Origin: Longimicrobiales bacterium
Lineage (GTDB): Bacteria > Gemmatimonadota > Gemmatimonadetes > Longimicrobiales > Gaopeijiaceae
Assembly: GCA_965226375.1 (NCBI GenBank)
Contig: CBDDCX010000007.1
Span: 96,001 to 160,000 of the forward strand
DNA: 64,000 bases
Direction: 5' to 3'
In this document: one piece after another, positions 39,133-51,941 of the stretch
Layout of the letters: the number at the start of each line of letters is the position of its first letter
Numbering within the stretch: position 1 is the stretch's first letter
The notes under the pieces: model-generated
What the model was told of the DNA's origin: nothing
Database searches by the model: none
Seen by the model: only the letters and a program-made list of their open reading frames with translations
Position numbers and translations under genes: made by a program

Positions 39133-41394
39133 GTGTCCGATCACTCGTCGCTGGTCGCTGCGGAACTCGGAGCGAGCATCCAGCAGGTCCGGGCGACCTG
39201 GGACCTGCTGGACGGTGGCGCCACGGTCCCCTTCATCGCCCGCTATCGGAAGGAGGCCACGGGCTCTCTGGATGAGGTGGCGGTGGCCGCTGTTCGGGAC
39301 CGTATGTCCCAGCTGGCGGAGCTCGACAGGCGCCGCGACGCGATCATTGCCGCCCTCTCAGAGCGAGACATTCTCGACGACGCGCTCCGACACCGGATTG
39401 TGTCTGCCGAGACCCTGCCGGCGCTGGAAGACGTCTATCTGCCTCACCGTCCGAAGCGGCGCACCCGGGGCACGGTAGCGAGGGAGCGAGGGCTGGAGCC
39501 ATTGGCGGAAGCCCTCCTGGCGCAGAGCGGAGCACCGATCGATGTCAGCTCCTTCGTGGGTCCCGAGCGTGACGTCGAGGACCGGGACGCCGCTCTCGCC
39601 GGAGCCCGGGACATCATCGCCGAAGAGGTCAGCGAGGACCCGGACGTCCGGCGCGATCTACGCCGGCTGTTCGCCGAGCGGGCACTCCTCGTCTCGACCG
39701 TGGTCAAGAAGAAGCAAGCCGAGGCGGCGAAGTTCCGGGACTACTTTGCGTGGTCCGAGCCGCTTGTCCGTGCGCCGTCCCACCGAATTCTCGCCGTGCT
39801 GCGTGGAAGCAACGAGGGCTTTCTGCGGGTGCAGGCGAGGCCCGACCAGGCCGACGCGTTGCTGAGGTTGACGAGGCGATACCTGCGGGGGCACGGTTTC
39901 GCCACGGAGGAGGTGCGCAGCGCACTCGACGACGCGTACAAGCGCCTGCTGCTTCCGAGCCTGGAGCGTGAAGCACTAAAGGAAGCGAAGGTCCGCGCCG
40001 ACGAGGAGGCTATGCGGATCTTCGTCACGAACCTCCGAGAGCTGTTGATGGCAGCGCCGTTTCGGAACAAACGGATGCTCGCCATCGACCCGGGCTTCCG
40101 AACCGGCTGTAAGGTCGTTGCGCTGGACGCCCAGGGAGCCCTACTGCACAACACCACCATCTTCCCGACCCAGGGGAAGGGCGGGCGCGAGGAAGCCGAA
40201 CAGGTCGTCAGGGAACTGGTCGAACGGTTTGCCCCGGAGGCGGTCGCCGTCGGCAACGGCACGGCAGGACGCGAGACCGAGGCGTTCATTCGGGATCTGG
40301 GCCTGAGTGCTCCGGTGATCATGGTGGACGAGGCCGGCGCATCCATCTACAGCGCGAGCGACGTGGCCCGTGAAGAGCTCCCTGATCACGATCTGACCGT
40401 CCGTGGTGCCGTCTCCATCGGCCGTCGACTTCAGGACCCCTTGGCCGAGTTGGTCAAGCTCGACCCCAAGTCCATCGGGGTCGGTCAGTACCAGCACGAC
40501 GTGGATCAAGCGGCCCTCAAATCGGGGCTGGATGACACCGTGATGAGTTGCGTCAACGCCGTGGGCGTGGATCTGAACTCCGCCAGCGCGTCGCTACTCA
40601 CCTACGTTGCAGGGCTGGGGCCTGTCCTGGCCAAGAACGTCGTGGGATGGCGTGAGGAGCACGATGCTTTTCGAACCCGTCGAGACGTGCTGAAGGTGCC
40701 CCGCCTGGGCGGCAAGGCGTTCGAGCAGGCGGCAGGCTTCCTTCGCATTCCCGACGGGTCGCACGCCTTGGATGTGAGTGGCGTGCACCCCGAGCGGTAC
40801 TCCCTGGTGGAACGGATGGCCAAGGACCAGGGATGCTCGGTACGTGACCTGCTCACCGATGCCGATCGACGGGATCGCATCGATCCGGATCGCTACGTCG
40901 GTGAGCACGTGGGCCGTCCCACCCTGGACGACATCCTCGATGAGCTCGCCCGTCCGGGGCGGGACCCCCGCCCTGAATTCGAGGCCTTCGCGTTTGCCGA
41001 CGTCCACGCGATCGGCGACTTGAGGTCGGGCATGCTCCTGCCCGGCATCGTCACCAACGTGACCGCTTTCGGCGCCTTCGTGGACATCGGTGTCCACCAG
41101 GACGGCCTGGTCCACGTGAGCCAGTTGACGGACCACTTCGTGAAGGACCCCAACGAGGTCGTGCGCGTGCGTCAGCAGGTCCAGGTGCGGGTTCTCGACG
41201 TCGATGTCGAGCGGAAGCGAATCGGCCTTTCAATGAAGAGGGGGTACGGGAAAACAGATGTTGCCACTACCTTCTTGCATGGACATCCCCACCTTGAGCC
41301 CTCGGTTCCTGGGGCAACACTAGCTCAACACACCGCGCCAGCTTATCGAGCCGGATACTCCGGCCGGCCTGCTGTGCGCCTATTTACCGGATAA
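39133..41394 (+). CDS. tex: Tex family RNA-binding transcription accessory protein
   Basis: GATVPFIARYRKE, IDPGFRTGCK, EAGASIYSAS, IGVGQYQHD, C-terminal S1 domain; about 50 aa of atypical tail. Confidence 0.93.
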   Translation: MSDHSSLVAAELGASIQQVRATWDLLDGGATVPFIARYRKEATGSLDEVAVAAVRDRMSQLAELDRRRDAIIAALSERDILDDALRHRIVSAETLPALEDVYLPHRPKRRTRGTVARERGLEPLAEALLAQSGAPIDVSSFVGPERDVEDRDAALAGARDIIAEEVSEDPDVRRDLRRLFAERALLVSTVVKKKQAEAAKFRDYFAWSEPLVRAPSHRILAVLRGSNEGFLRVQARPDQADALLRLTRRYLRGHGFATEEVRSALDDAYKRLLLPSLEREALKEAKVRADEEAMRIFVTNLRELLMAAPFRNKRMLAIDPGFRTGCKVVALDAQGALLHNTTIFPTQGKGGREEAEQVVRELVERFAPEAVAVGNGTAGRETEAFIRDLGLSAPVIMVDEAGASIYSASDVAREELPDHDLTVRGAVSIGRRLQDPLAELVKLDPKSIGVGQYQHDVDQAALKSGLDDTVMSCVNAVGVDLNSASASLLTYVAGLGPVLAKNVVGWREEHDAFRTRRDVLKVPRLGGKAFEQAAGFLRIPDGSHALDVSGVHPERYSLVERMAKDQGCSVRDLLTDADRRDRIDPDRYVGEHVGRPTLDDILDELARPGRDPRPEFEAFAFADVHAIGDLRSGMLLPGIVTNVTAFGAFVDIGVHQDGLVHVSQLTDHFVKDPNEVVRVRQQVQVRVLDVDVERKRIGLSMKRGYGKTDVATTFLHGHPHLEPSVPGATLAQHTAPAYRAGYSGRPAVRLFTG

Positions 41395-41400
41395 TATCTC

Positions 41401-42825
<1,425 letters not shown>

Positions 42826-42867
42826 GGAACCGGAGGGTCGTGGTGAAAGAAGCGGGGCCTTGTGGGA

Positions 42868-43752
42868 TCAGGTGGGATCGCAGCTGAAGCGGAAGGAATC
42901 GTCCAGGTCCTCGGGCAGGACGAGCGTGTGCAGGCCACGTCCGAGTGCCGACGCACACATCGCCTCCCGGGCCGACCCGTCCGCCACGTACTGCTGGAGA
43001 TACTCCGCGTTGAGCACGGGCTTGCCCTGGGCAATGAACGGTTCGAGGAGGCCGCACTCGTCGAATTCGTGGCACCGCTCGCTCACGTGCAGATCCACGT
43101 ATTCGAGAAGATCGGCGACCTGGCCCACGTCGTTCTTCATGGCCACCGCGAGCCCGCGGTTGTGGGCCTCGTTGTACAGCGTGCGGTTGAAGGCCAACTG
43201 GTCTGCGGCGGTGAGCGGGAATCCCGTAGCGTTCTCGAAGCCGTCCACATTGTCGGCCTCGACCCCGTCACATCCGCGCTGGACCGCCAGGTCCAGGCGT
43301 GCCTTCATGAGCGTCATCACCTCCGGAGATCGTACGTCCAACCAGCGTTCGTCCTCGAATCCCGAATACACTGAGCCGAGAGTAGACGCGGGGAATTGAC
43401 TGGCGTCGGGCCGAAAGTCCTCCCAGGAACCGGCCGAGAAGTAGCAAAGCAGGCGGCGTCCCGAAGCCTTCAGCGTAGCGATGACCGAGGCGGGCGTTTC
43501 GACGAGATCCAACTCGTACAACGCCACATCGTACCCGGTGTTCACGTCCCCCTGGAGCTGCCATTGCCAGGTCGTGGTCACGGACGGTCGGTACCAGGTA
43601 CCGCTCGTGACGGGGGGGATCGCGGGATCGGTCACCACTTCGGGTGGGGTGTCGGGATCGGTGTCGGTGGGGGGCTCGAAGGGATCACCCTCGCCACCGC
43701 CACAGGCGGTGCAGCACAGGAGAAGAAGGGTGAGGATAGGCTTTACGCCCAT
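42868..43752 (-). CDS. Endo-alpha-1,4-polygalactosaminidase (GH114) lipoprotein
   Basis: WQWQL, CYFSAGSWEDFRPD, GCDGVEADNVD, MKND, VLNAEY. Confidence 0.88.
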   Translation of the reverse strand: MGVKPILTLLLLCCTACGGGEGDPFEPPTDTDPDTPPEVVTDPAIPPVTSGTWYRPSVTTTWQWQLQGDVNTGYDVALYELDLVETPASVIATLKASGRRLLCYFSAGSWEDFRPDASQFPASTLGSVYSGFEDERWLDVRSPEVMTLMKARLDLAVQRGCDGVEADNVDGFENATGFPLTAADQLAFNRTLYNEAHNRGLAVAMKNDVGQVADLLEYVDLHVSERCHEFDECGLLEPFIAQGKPVLNAEYLQQYVADGSAREAMCASALGRGLHTLVLPEDLDDSFRFSCDPT

Positions 43753-43798
43753 CCACGCGGTCACGACAGAATCTTCGATCCGGATGGATGAAGAACGG

Positions 43799-45379
43799 TC
43801 AACCACGAACGCCGTCTCCGCTCACCGCCTGTAGAAACGCCTCCCCATACCGCTCGAGCTTCAACGGGCCCACGCCCGAGAGGGCCAGGAACTCACCCGG
43901 ATTCGACGGCCGTGTTTCGGCCATGGCGCGAAGCGTCTTGTCGCTGAAGACGATGTAGGCCGGCACCCCCTGCCGGTCAGCGATCGACTTGCGCAGGTCC
44001 CGCAGCGATTGAAACAGGGCCTCCCCTTCATCGGAGAGCGGTCCGGGCTCCGCGACTCGATCGGGGGACATCCGTGACCGGCGGCTGGGGCGTTTGGTGG
44101 CGGCATGCATCCGGGTACCGGCCGCCATCATGCCCGCCGCCGCCAGATCCTCGGCCTTGATCCCCGTGCACCAATCACAGGACACGTCGCACGGCCCGAT
44201 CTCCTCACTGAGATGCATGAGGATCTTCTGATGACGGCATCCCCCGTTCTCCACCATGCGGAACAGCGACTTGGTCGCCTCGGCCTTCGCCCAGTAGAGA
44301 TCGGGGTCGTCGATGTCGCTGAGCAAGCGCTCCTGCTGCTTCACGTCGGCCCACGAGTAGAAGAGGAAGCAGTCACTCTCCAGACCGTCTCGACCGGCGC
44401 GGCCCATCTCTTGATACCAGGACTCCACATCCTTGGGCATGTCCCGGTGGATGACGAAGCGCACGTTCGACTTGTCGATCCCCATGCCGAAGGCGATGGT
44501 CGCGACGATCACGTCGGCGTCGTCCTTGGCGAACGCATCCTGGTTGGCTGCTCGCTCCTCCGCCTCCATACCGGCGTGGTACGGCAACGCCCGCACGCCC
44601 AGATCGCAGAGGAAGTCGGTCATCTGATCGACCGCCTTACGCGAGGCGCAATACAGGATGCCGCTCTGGCCCTGATGCGCCTTGATCAGCCCCGCGATCT
44701 CCTGCCGGGTGGGCCCGGTACCCTTCTTTCTGCAGTAGATGTTCAGGTTGGGTCGGAAGAACGAGCCCTTGAAGCCGGCGGGCTTGGTCATCTCGAGTTG
44801 TCTGATGATGTCGCGGGCTACGGCGTTCGTGGCGGTGGCGGTGAGCGCGAGCACGGGTATATCGGGCAACGCCGTCCGGAGCCGCTGCAATCGTCGGTAT
44901 GACGGCCGGAAGTCGTGTCCCCACTGGCTGATGCAGTGGGCCTCGTCCACCACGAGAAGCGAGAGCGGCCAATCCCCCGCTTCGCGGCTCAGCCGGCCGT
45001 CGAGCCCCTCGGGGGCCAGATAGACGAGCTCGTACTGTCCGGCCCGAAGCGCCTCGAGCCTCCGCTCGCGCTCGTCCGGTTCCAGCGACGAGTTGATCGC
45101 CGCCGCGCAAAACCCCAGATCGACCAAGGCATCGACCTGGTCCTTCATCAGGGAAATGAGCGGAGACACCACGAGTACAGTGCCGTCCATCATGCGGGCA
45201 GGCACCTGAAACGTGAGGGATTTGCCGGCGCCTGTAGGCATGAGAGCGATGCAGTCGCGACCCGCCATCACCGCTTCGATGACCTTCAGTTGGCCAGGGC
45301 GAAAGTCCTCGTACCCGAACACGTCGCGGAGCACGTCGAGGGGTGTGGCGGTTGATTCGGCGGCGGTCGGGGATTCCAT
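43799..45379 (-). CDS. recQ: RecQ family DNA helicase with Zn-binding and HRDC domains
   Basis: [49 protein letters not shown]. Confidence 0.93.
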   Translation of the reverse strand: MESPTAAESTATPLDVLRDVFGYEDFRPGQLKVIEAVMAGRDCIALMPTGAGKSLTFQVPARMMDGTVLVVSPLISLMKDQVDALVDLGFCAAAINSSLEPDERERRLEALRAGQYELVYLAPEGLDGRLSREAGDWPLSLLVVDEAHCISQWGHDFRPSYRRLQRLRTALPDIPVLALTATATNAVARDIIRQLEMTKPAGFKGSFFRPNLNIYCRKKGTGPTRQEIAGLIKAHQGQSGILYCASRKAVDQMTDFLCDLGVRALPYHAGMEAEERAANQDAFAKDDADVIVATIAFGMGIDKSNVRFVIHRDMPKDVESWYQEMGRAGRDGLESDCFLFYSWADVKQQERLLSDIDDPDLYWAKAEATKSLFRMVENGGCRHQKILMHLSEEIGPCDVSCDWCTGIKAEDLAAAGMMAAGTRMHAATKRPSRRSRMSPDRVAEPGPLSDEGEALFQSLRDLRKSIADRQGVPAYIVFSDKTLRAMAETRPSNPGEFLALSGVGPLKLERYGEAFLQAVSGDGVRG

Positions 45380-45440
45380 GCCCCAAGGTACTCGAATGCA
45401 TGGGGCGGGGTGAGGGGTGGTTGGGTCGTCCGACCGGTCT

Positions 45441-46121
45441 CTATCTACCCGGTTTCCGCGCGACCCAGATCACATGCCGGGAGCCCTTCCCGCGGTGCGC
45501 CCGCACCGGAACCTCCTCCGCCTCGAACCCGACTTTGCACAGGCGTTTGGTGAAGGCTTTGTCCGATCCGGCCGACCAGACCGTGAGCACACCCTTGGGT
45601 CGGAGTGCCTCAAAGGTCGCGTGCAGCCCGGCCCCCGAATAGAGCCAGTCATTGTCGCCCTTGGTGAGTCCCTCGGGACCGTTATCGACATCCAACATGA
45701 TGGCATCCCAGGACGCGGGTTCGTCCCTCAGCAAGAGGGAGACGTCGACCTCCCGCACGGTGACCCGTTCATCACGTAGGGGATGACCCGCGTGTTCTCC
45801 GGGCGGACCTCGATTCCATTCGACCACGGCGGGCACCAACTCGGCAACCACCACCTCGGCGTCGGGCCCGAGATGGTGCAGCGCCGAAGCCAGCGTGAAA
45901 CCCATGCCCAGCCCGCCGATCAGCACCCGGGCCCGGTCGCGATCCGCGACCTCGGCGCACGCGATCTCGGCCAGCGCGTCGGCGGACCCGTGCGTTCGGG
46001 TGCTCATCAAGTCCTGTCCGCCGGCGACCTTGATGATGAAGTCGTCGCCCAGTTGGTAGAGGCCTATCTCCCCACCGTCGCCCGGAACTTGGGCGGTATC
46101 GAGCAGTGTCAGCCGTTTCAT
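45441..46121 (-). CDS. Spermidine-synthase-like SAM-dependent transferase
   Basis: [22 protein letters not shown]; start MKRLTLLD. Confidence 0.82.
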   Translation of the reverse strand: MKRLTLLDTAQVPGDGGEIGLYQLGDDFIIKVAGGQDLMSTRTHGSADALAEIACAEVADRDRARVLIGGLGMGFTLASALHHLGPDAEVVVAELVPAVVEWNRGPPGEHAGHPLRDERVTVREVDVSLLLRDEPASWDAIMLDVDNGPEGLTKGDNDWLYSGAGLHATFEALRPKGVLTVWSAGSDKAFTKRLCKVGFEAEEVPVRAHRGKGSRHVIWVARKPGR

Positions 46122-46323
46122 GTCATGAGTCCCCAGGAATCCCGATTCTCCGCAGGACACTAGTCTGCCGGCTCCGCTCCTGGCTGCCAAGAGGGGTCTG
46201 GCGCCTGGGAGTCGAACATCCTCAGCAAGCTTCGACGCGGTGTCATTGCGTGAGCCTGGGGGTCTACCCCAATTGAGTCGTGGGCCTGTTTGCTGGGGCT
46301 GACCCGACGCAAGGGAAGACACC

Positions 46324-47349
46324 ATGACACCAGGGCACATCAAAGCCGGAGTCTCTCGGTTCGCCCGACCGGGTCTGCCGTCGGCGATCGGTGCCGTCGT
46401 CCTCCTCGTGGTCGCTTCCTGTGAGCCGACCGAGGATCCTGCCGCTGGAACCTCGGACAGCTACCAGTTCGCCCTGGTCGGCGACATGCCCTACTACGCC
46501 TCGCCCAGTGCACCCCTCCCTCCCGAGTTCGTGGCCACCCAATACGCCGCGGTCCTGCAGGAAATCGATGCAGCCGACGTGGATTTCGTGGTTCACGTAG
46601 GCGATCTCAACAGTTCTCTGGTGTGCGCGGATTCGGTCTATACCGCGCGCTTTGCCGAGTTCGAGGCCATCCGACATCCAGTCTTCTTGACGTTCGGCGA
46701 CAACGAGTGGCTCGAGTGCGACAATGCGGGCCTGGATCCCATCAAGCAGCTCGAGACGCTCCGAGAGGTGTTCACCCAGGGAGACCAATCCCTCGGCGGG
46801 CGCAAGCTGCCGTTGGAGCGGCAGAGCGGGAGTCCCGGCTTTGAGAAATTCCGCGAGAACGTCCGCTGGCGGTTCGGCGAGGACCTGTACGTCACGCTCC
46901 ACGTGCCGGGCGGTGGCAATAATATGGGGTCCGAGGACGATCCCAGGGCTGAATTCGTCGAGCGAAATGGGGCGGTCATCACCTGGATGCGCCAGTCGTT
47001 CGAGTTGGCTCGAGAGGAGGGGCTCCAGGGTGTTGTCATCGTCATGCATGCCAACCCTGGATGGGACCGCTTCAGGAGGGGTGACCCTCGGCCGGCATAT
47101 TCGGACTTCCTCCAGGCTCTGCGAGAGGAGAGCGGAGCCTTCGACGGGCCCGTGCTCCTGCTCCACGGTGATTCGCACACCTTCACGGTCGACAAGCCGT
47201 TCCGAAACAGCAGCACGGGCGAGATGGTCACGAACCTCACTCGCGTGGAGACCTTTGGTCATCCTTTCATGCACTGGGTGCTGATCACCGTTGCTGCCGA
47301 AGATGTGGACCGGTTCAGCGTGCAACCTATGATTGTCGAGCCGCGTTGA
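46324..47349 (+). CDS. Metallophosphoesterase lipoprotein
   Basis: GDMPY, HVGD, GDNEW, HGDSH; lipobox VASC. Confidence 0.85.
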   Translation: MTPGHIKAGVSRFARPGLPSAIGAVVLLVVASCEPTEDPAAGTSDSYQFALVGDMPYYASPSAPLPPEFVATQYAAVLQEIDAADVDFVVHVGDLNSSLVCADSVYTARFAEFEAIRHPVFLTFGDNEWLECDNAGLDPIKQLETLREVFTQGDQSLGGRKLPLERQSGSPGFEKFRENVRWRFGEDLYVTLHVPGGGNNMGSEDDPRAEFVERNGAVITWMRQSFELAREEGLQGVVIVMHANPGWDRFRRGDPRPAYSDFLQALREESGAFDGPVLLLHGDSHTFTVDKPFRNSSTGEMVTNLTRVETFGHPFMHWVLITVAAEDVDRFSVQPMIVEPR

Positions 47350-47373
47350 GGACACGGTTTCTCGTTTCGCCCC

Positions 47374-50300
47374 TCACATTCCCAGCCAGTAGTTCACCTT
47401 GATCATCCAGCGATCATCGGATGGCGCATGGAGTAGCTCGTCCAGGTCTCGGCCGAAGTCGAAGTCTCCTGTCGCGACTCGGCTGGCCTGACGTCGCTGC
47501 CAGACCAGGAATACCGTGGAGCCGGGCCGGTACTCCCAACGAAGCACGGCGTTGCCCACGACCGAGCGGACGTTGAAGTCTCGGTCATCCAGGGCATAGT
47601 CGGCGACACCGTCGCCATTGAAGTCAATGTGCTGTCGTACGTTCCCGTCCGCTTCGATCTCCGAGCAGATCCGGCCGCCCGTGCACGACTCCAAGTCTCC
47701 GTTCATGCTGAACGAGCCCGGCTCGAAGACGTCGAAATCGAAGGTGCGGGCCGCCAGGAGCTGCTTGTAGGAGACGTAGTCTCCAGATGAGAGAAGTGGC
47801 TGAGCGAACAGCTGGAACGACAGGCTGGGAGAGAAGGTCCAGTTGACCCTCGCCTCCATGGAGACGGTGTGCCGCTCCAACTCACCGAAGAGATATCGGC
47901 GTCCAAAGGTCGACTCGAAGGGAAGCGTCGACGTGGAGGTCACATATTGATCCCCTACGGTTTGCCAGCTGACACGAGGCTGCAGCGAGATCTCCAGGCG
48001 ATCCGAGGGCCGGAGGCCCACAGTCCCGTTCAGGCTGAGCTCGTCCCAGAACCATCGAACCCTCTGCGGGCATTGAAGCCTGCCCTCAGGCTGAGTGCCT
48101 TCCGCCGATCGGAGTTGATGTTTCCGCGAATGCTCCAGCTGCCCGGGTCACGCATGGCCGGACCGCCCCGCGTGAGGCCGAAGTTGTAGTGGTCGGGGCT
48201 GTAGGAGACGTTGATGTCGCCACCCCATTCATTGAGCAGCGTCGTCCGGACGTTGAGGTTAGTCGTAGCTGCCTTACGGGCGTTCTCCCATGAGGCCCAC
48301 GATCCTGCGTCGTCCAGGGCCTCATGGGCCCAGTTGGCGAACGTCCACAGGTTGACGTTGAAGCTCTTGTACCAGGAGCTGGGTTGGATCTCGCGGTAGC
48401 TGACGAAGGCTCCGGCGTCGAGCTTCTCCGTGGATCGGCTGAAGCCCAGATCGTTGATCTCGAAGCCGGGGGTGGACTCGCTGAGCCACACGCTTCCTGT
48501 CCAGTGTTCTCCGTTCTGACGTGACAGTTGGAGACGCCAATGGGCTCCCGTGATGGATGTGGCCGTCGAATCGACGCTGAAGCGTGTCGCGTCGGGGCGC
48601 TGGAAATAATGGTTGCTGGACCGCTGGATGCGCGTGATGGCGACCGAGTCGCCTCGAACGTGTCCGGTGGAGAAGAGGCCGTTGAGGGACCAATCCCGGT
48701 CGTTCCACTGATGCTCGAAGCGGATTCCGGTGCTGAAGGCCTGCGATGACAGGAAGTCCGATGTTCCGTCGCCCGGGAGATTTCGGTACAACGCAGTCAC
48801 GATACCTCCCACCTGTGACGCTCCACCGTTGAAGTCTTGCTGGAGCTTCACGACACCGAATTGGGTTCTGGGCTCCACCGTGAAACTCTCGAGGCGCTCG
48901 TCCTCGGCGTAGTAGGCTTCCCCGTACTCTTGGTCCACGACAGCGGCGAGAACCCCGAGGGAGAGGCCCGACTTCGTCCGGCCCGTGAGTTTGGCTGCCC
49001 CGAGGATGGTGGCATCGCTCGGAGCGTTCGAGAAATCCGCTCCAGAAGGTGCACTCCCCTGAGGTGCCCGCCCCACCCGCCGAGAGTAGAAGAGCTCGTC
49101 TCCCCGGCCGGTCGAGGACAGCGAGAAGCCGAACACCTGGGCGTCCTCCACGAAGAAAGGCCGGTGTTCCTCGAAACGGGTCTCGAACGCAGACAGGTTG
49201 ATGACCGCGGGGTCCGCCTCCACCTGACCGAAGTCAGGGTTGATGGTGGCGTCGAGAGTGAACGCGGGACCGAGACCGAAGCGCAGGTCACCTCCGACCC
49301 TGGCGGCCGACTCCGAGCCGTCGAAGAAGGGATTGCCCGGTTCGGTGGGCCCACGGTGCACACTCCTGAGCACGTAAGGCCGCAACTCGATCCCCCGGGA
49401 CGGCCGCGGGACCTTCACGTTCTCGAGCGTGCCTGAACAGCGCACCTGATGGTTAACACAAGTGTGCCAGCTGATGGTTAACAGATTGGGTTACGTCCTG
49501 TGTTACCGTGGGTGTCGAAAATGACGAAGAGTTCTTCGTCAAACCACCCGAGGGTAGTGGGACCGAAGTAGACCTGCCACAGAGCGGGGCCGATGGGTTC
49601 GAGCCCGATGAACTCGTTGCCCAGAGCCGAACTGATGTTGATCCAACGCGAGTGCCAGCGGATGGCTCCGTTTGTAGAGACCTTACGGACCTCGAAGTGC
49701 TCAGGGTACTCGATGGGCGGAAGGACGTCGGGGTAGGCTCTAAGAGCCGATCGGTAGACGGAATGGGGAGTAGCGTCGTCGAGCGCCTCGTGGGGGCGGA
49801 TGTGATTGAATGTGTGGCGGAAGTCGTTGAAGTGGCGCTGCTGGGCACTGAGGTTGGCCTTGGGCGGGCGAGTGGCTTCACGCTTGAGGGTCCTGTGCAT
49901 GCGTTCGTGTCGGCCGTTCTGCTGCGGCTTACCCGGCTCGATGGTCTCAGGACGGATACCGAGGCGGATCCACCAGGCACTCAGGCGTGTGAGGCGAGCG
50001 AGGCCGATGGAAGCGAAGGGCGTACCATTGTCGGAGCGGATGACGGCGGGCAGACCGAACTCGCGGAAAGTCCTGATGAACACAGGCTTGGCGAGCTCGA
50101 TCGACGTGGAATACAGCCCTGTGCACTCGAGCAGGAACCGGCTGAAGCCGTCCTGGATCGTGAGGGGGTAGCAGTAGCGACCGTTGCGCATCTTGAACTG
50201 CCCTTTGAAGTCGACGGTCCAGACCGCATTGGGCTCATCCATCGCAGTGAGCGGCTTGCCGGGGTGGCCCGGTTTGCCGGAGCGTCTGCGCTTCTTCGTG

Positions 50301-51891
50301 ATCAGGTCGTGACGCTCGAAGATGCGATCGATCGTCCTGCGAATTCTTTGCTGGGGCCGAGCCAAACTTCTCAGCTGTGAGTTTACGGATCTTGCGTGAT
50401 CCCCATCCGTAGCGCTGACGCAGGTCGACGACGTGTTCGACGATCGGCTCCTCCACGAGGGTTGCGGAGCAGTGATGGGGAGCACGGAGTGCCGCGGATG
50501 GCTCGTTTGAAGTCCCTCGAATCCCTCTGCGCGGAACGATCGACAGAACGTCTTGGCTTCCTGACCAGGAAACGAGGGATCCCGCGGTCCTGCGGGATGT
50601 GATCCGAATCAACGAGCGGGTCACGCCGAGGTCAGCGAGAACGGCTCTGCGAGTTCTCCCGGCTTCCAGCCCACGACGTAGCGGCTGTAGATGTCCATGA
50701 TGACGTAGAGGTAGTAATAGCTCCACTTCTTCGGCCCGAGCAGCCGCGTGATATCCCAGGACCACACCTGCGCGTGGCCATCAACTCGGGCTTCTTGCGA
50801 TGGGTGCGCTGCGCCCGGCGTTCCTTCGGAGGCCAGAACACGATACATCGTGCGTTCGCTGCACAGGTAGTGTCGAGCAGCGTGGCCACCACCTCGGCGG
50901 GTGAGCGGTCCACGAACCTGCTGCGGCTGATGCCCGGGCGGGGTCGGCGCGATCGCTCGCCTCCACCAGGACTGATACCGTAGGCGAAACTGAACGTCCG
51001 TTGTTGCACTTCGAGGATGAAGCGTACTCTTTGCTCGTACATGGTCGACCGGTTCCAGTCCATCGGGCTCTCCTTGTTGCAGAACCCTGGTTGATAGGAA
51101 CCTGTCAACCATCAGTGTAGGCCATTGTGTAAAGGATCAGGGTAGGCTGTACCACCGAACTGGCTCACAAAGCCTTCCCGCACCCGCGACCGGAGCGAGA
51201 AATAGCTCGTCTCGTTCGTCGACATCCTCTTCCTCGCGAAGTTGCTGCCCCAGGTCTGCGGATCGTCCGTGGACTCGTATCGGATCTGAGAGAGCGGAAT
51301 CCGGATCTCCGCCGTCCATCCGCGCTCGTCGAGCTGAACGGCCGATTCCCATACTGCGTTCCAGGCTCGGTCGAGCCGCTGGTCGTTGTAGTAGTACTGG
51401 TCGACCTGCACGTTGGAGGCGTTGACGCGGAAGTAGTAGCCGGTCCGACGGTCCAGATTGGGGTCGATGGAGACAGAGATGTAATCGTACTGCCCCTCCT
51501 GATCGCGGCGTACGAGCTGTCGGACGATCGACGAGGGATCGGATTCGTGCATGCGGGCGGCGATGTAGAGGGCGTCATCGCCGATGATCACGCTCAGCTC
51601 GGTATCCTCTTCGGCGGGAATACCCTCTACGGGACTACCTTGGATGAAGCCTGAGGCGACCTCTGCCCGTGCCCAGGCCTCTTCGTCGAGACGCCCGTCC
51701 ACCGAGATCTTCCCGACCAGCGCTCCCGCCTCCATCGATGGCCGCACCAGGGTGCCACCGGTAATCGCGCCGACGCCGTTCTGTTTGATGTCTTGACCAG
51801 ACAGGCCAGGGAGCAGGGTCACCAAGGCAGCCAGGGTGAGCCCGGATATGCTTCCCAAGCCTGTGAGCCACGACGGAGAGTGTTTGGTCAC
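47374..51891 (-). pseudogene. DUF5916 / CBM9-like outer-membrane protein interrupted by IS481; further frameshift near 48045
   Basis: VDGRLDEEAW, GWTAEIRIP; TINPDFGQVEADPA, RPFFVE; C-terminal LRWEYRPGST...KVNYW; removing 49434-51153 rejoins SQFG/GTLEN in frame. Confidence 0.88.
49434..51153 (-). mobile_element. IS481-family element (variant B, both ends present) with scrambled IS3 mosaic in 50343-50985
   Basis: Same sequence as 17899-19115 outside the mosaic; ends TGAACAG... and ...GCTGTACC. Confidence 0.92.
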
Positions 51892-51941
51892 CGCACTCCA
51901 GCATGACGTGGAGGCGTGGTTTGCGGGTGAAATGGGGAAAG

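Noticed and set aside
41240..41394. Novel C-terminal domain on Tex
   Set aside because: Looks like read-through into the helicase leader; no recognisable motif
48030..48032. Stop-codon recoding (Sec/Pyl) in split genes
   Set aside because: The splits are frame changes, not in-frame stops
50235..51112. Novel IS481-IS3 fusion transposase
   Set aside because: Fragments are riddled with micro-deletions and broken frames; better explained as a consensus mosaic
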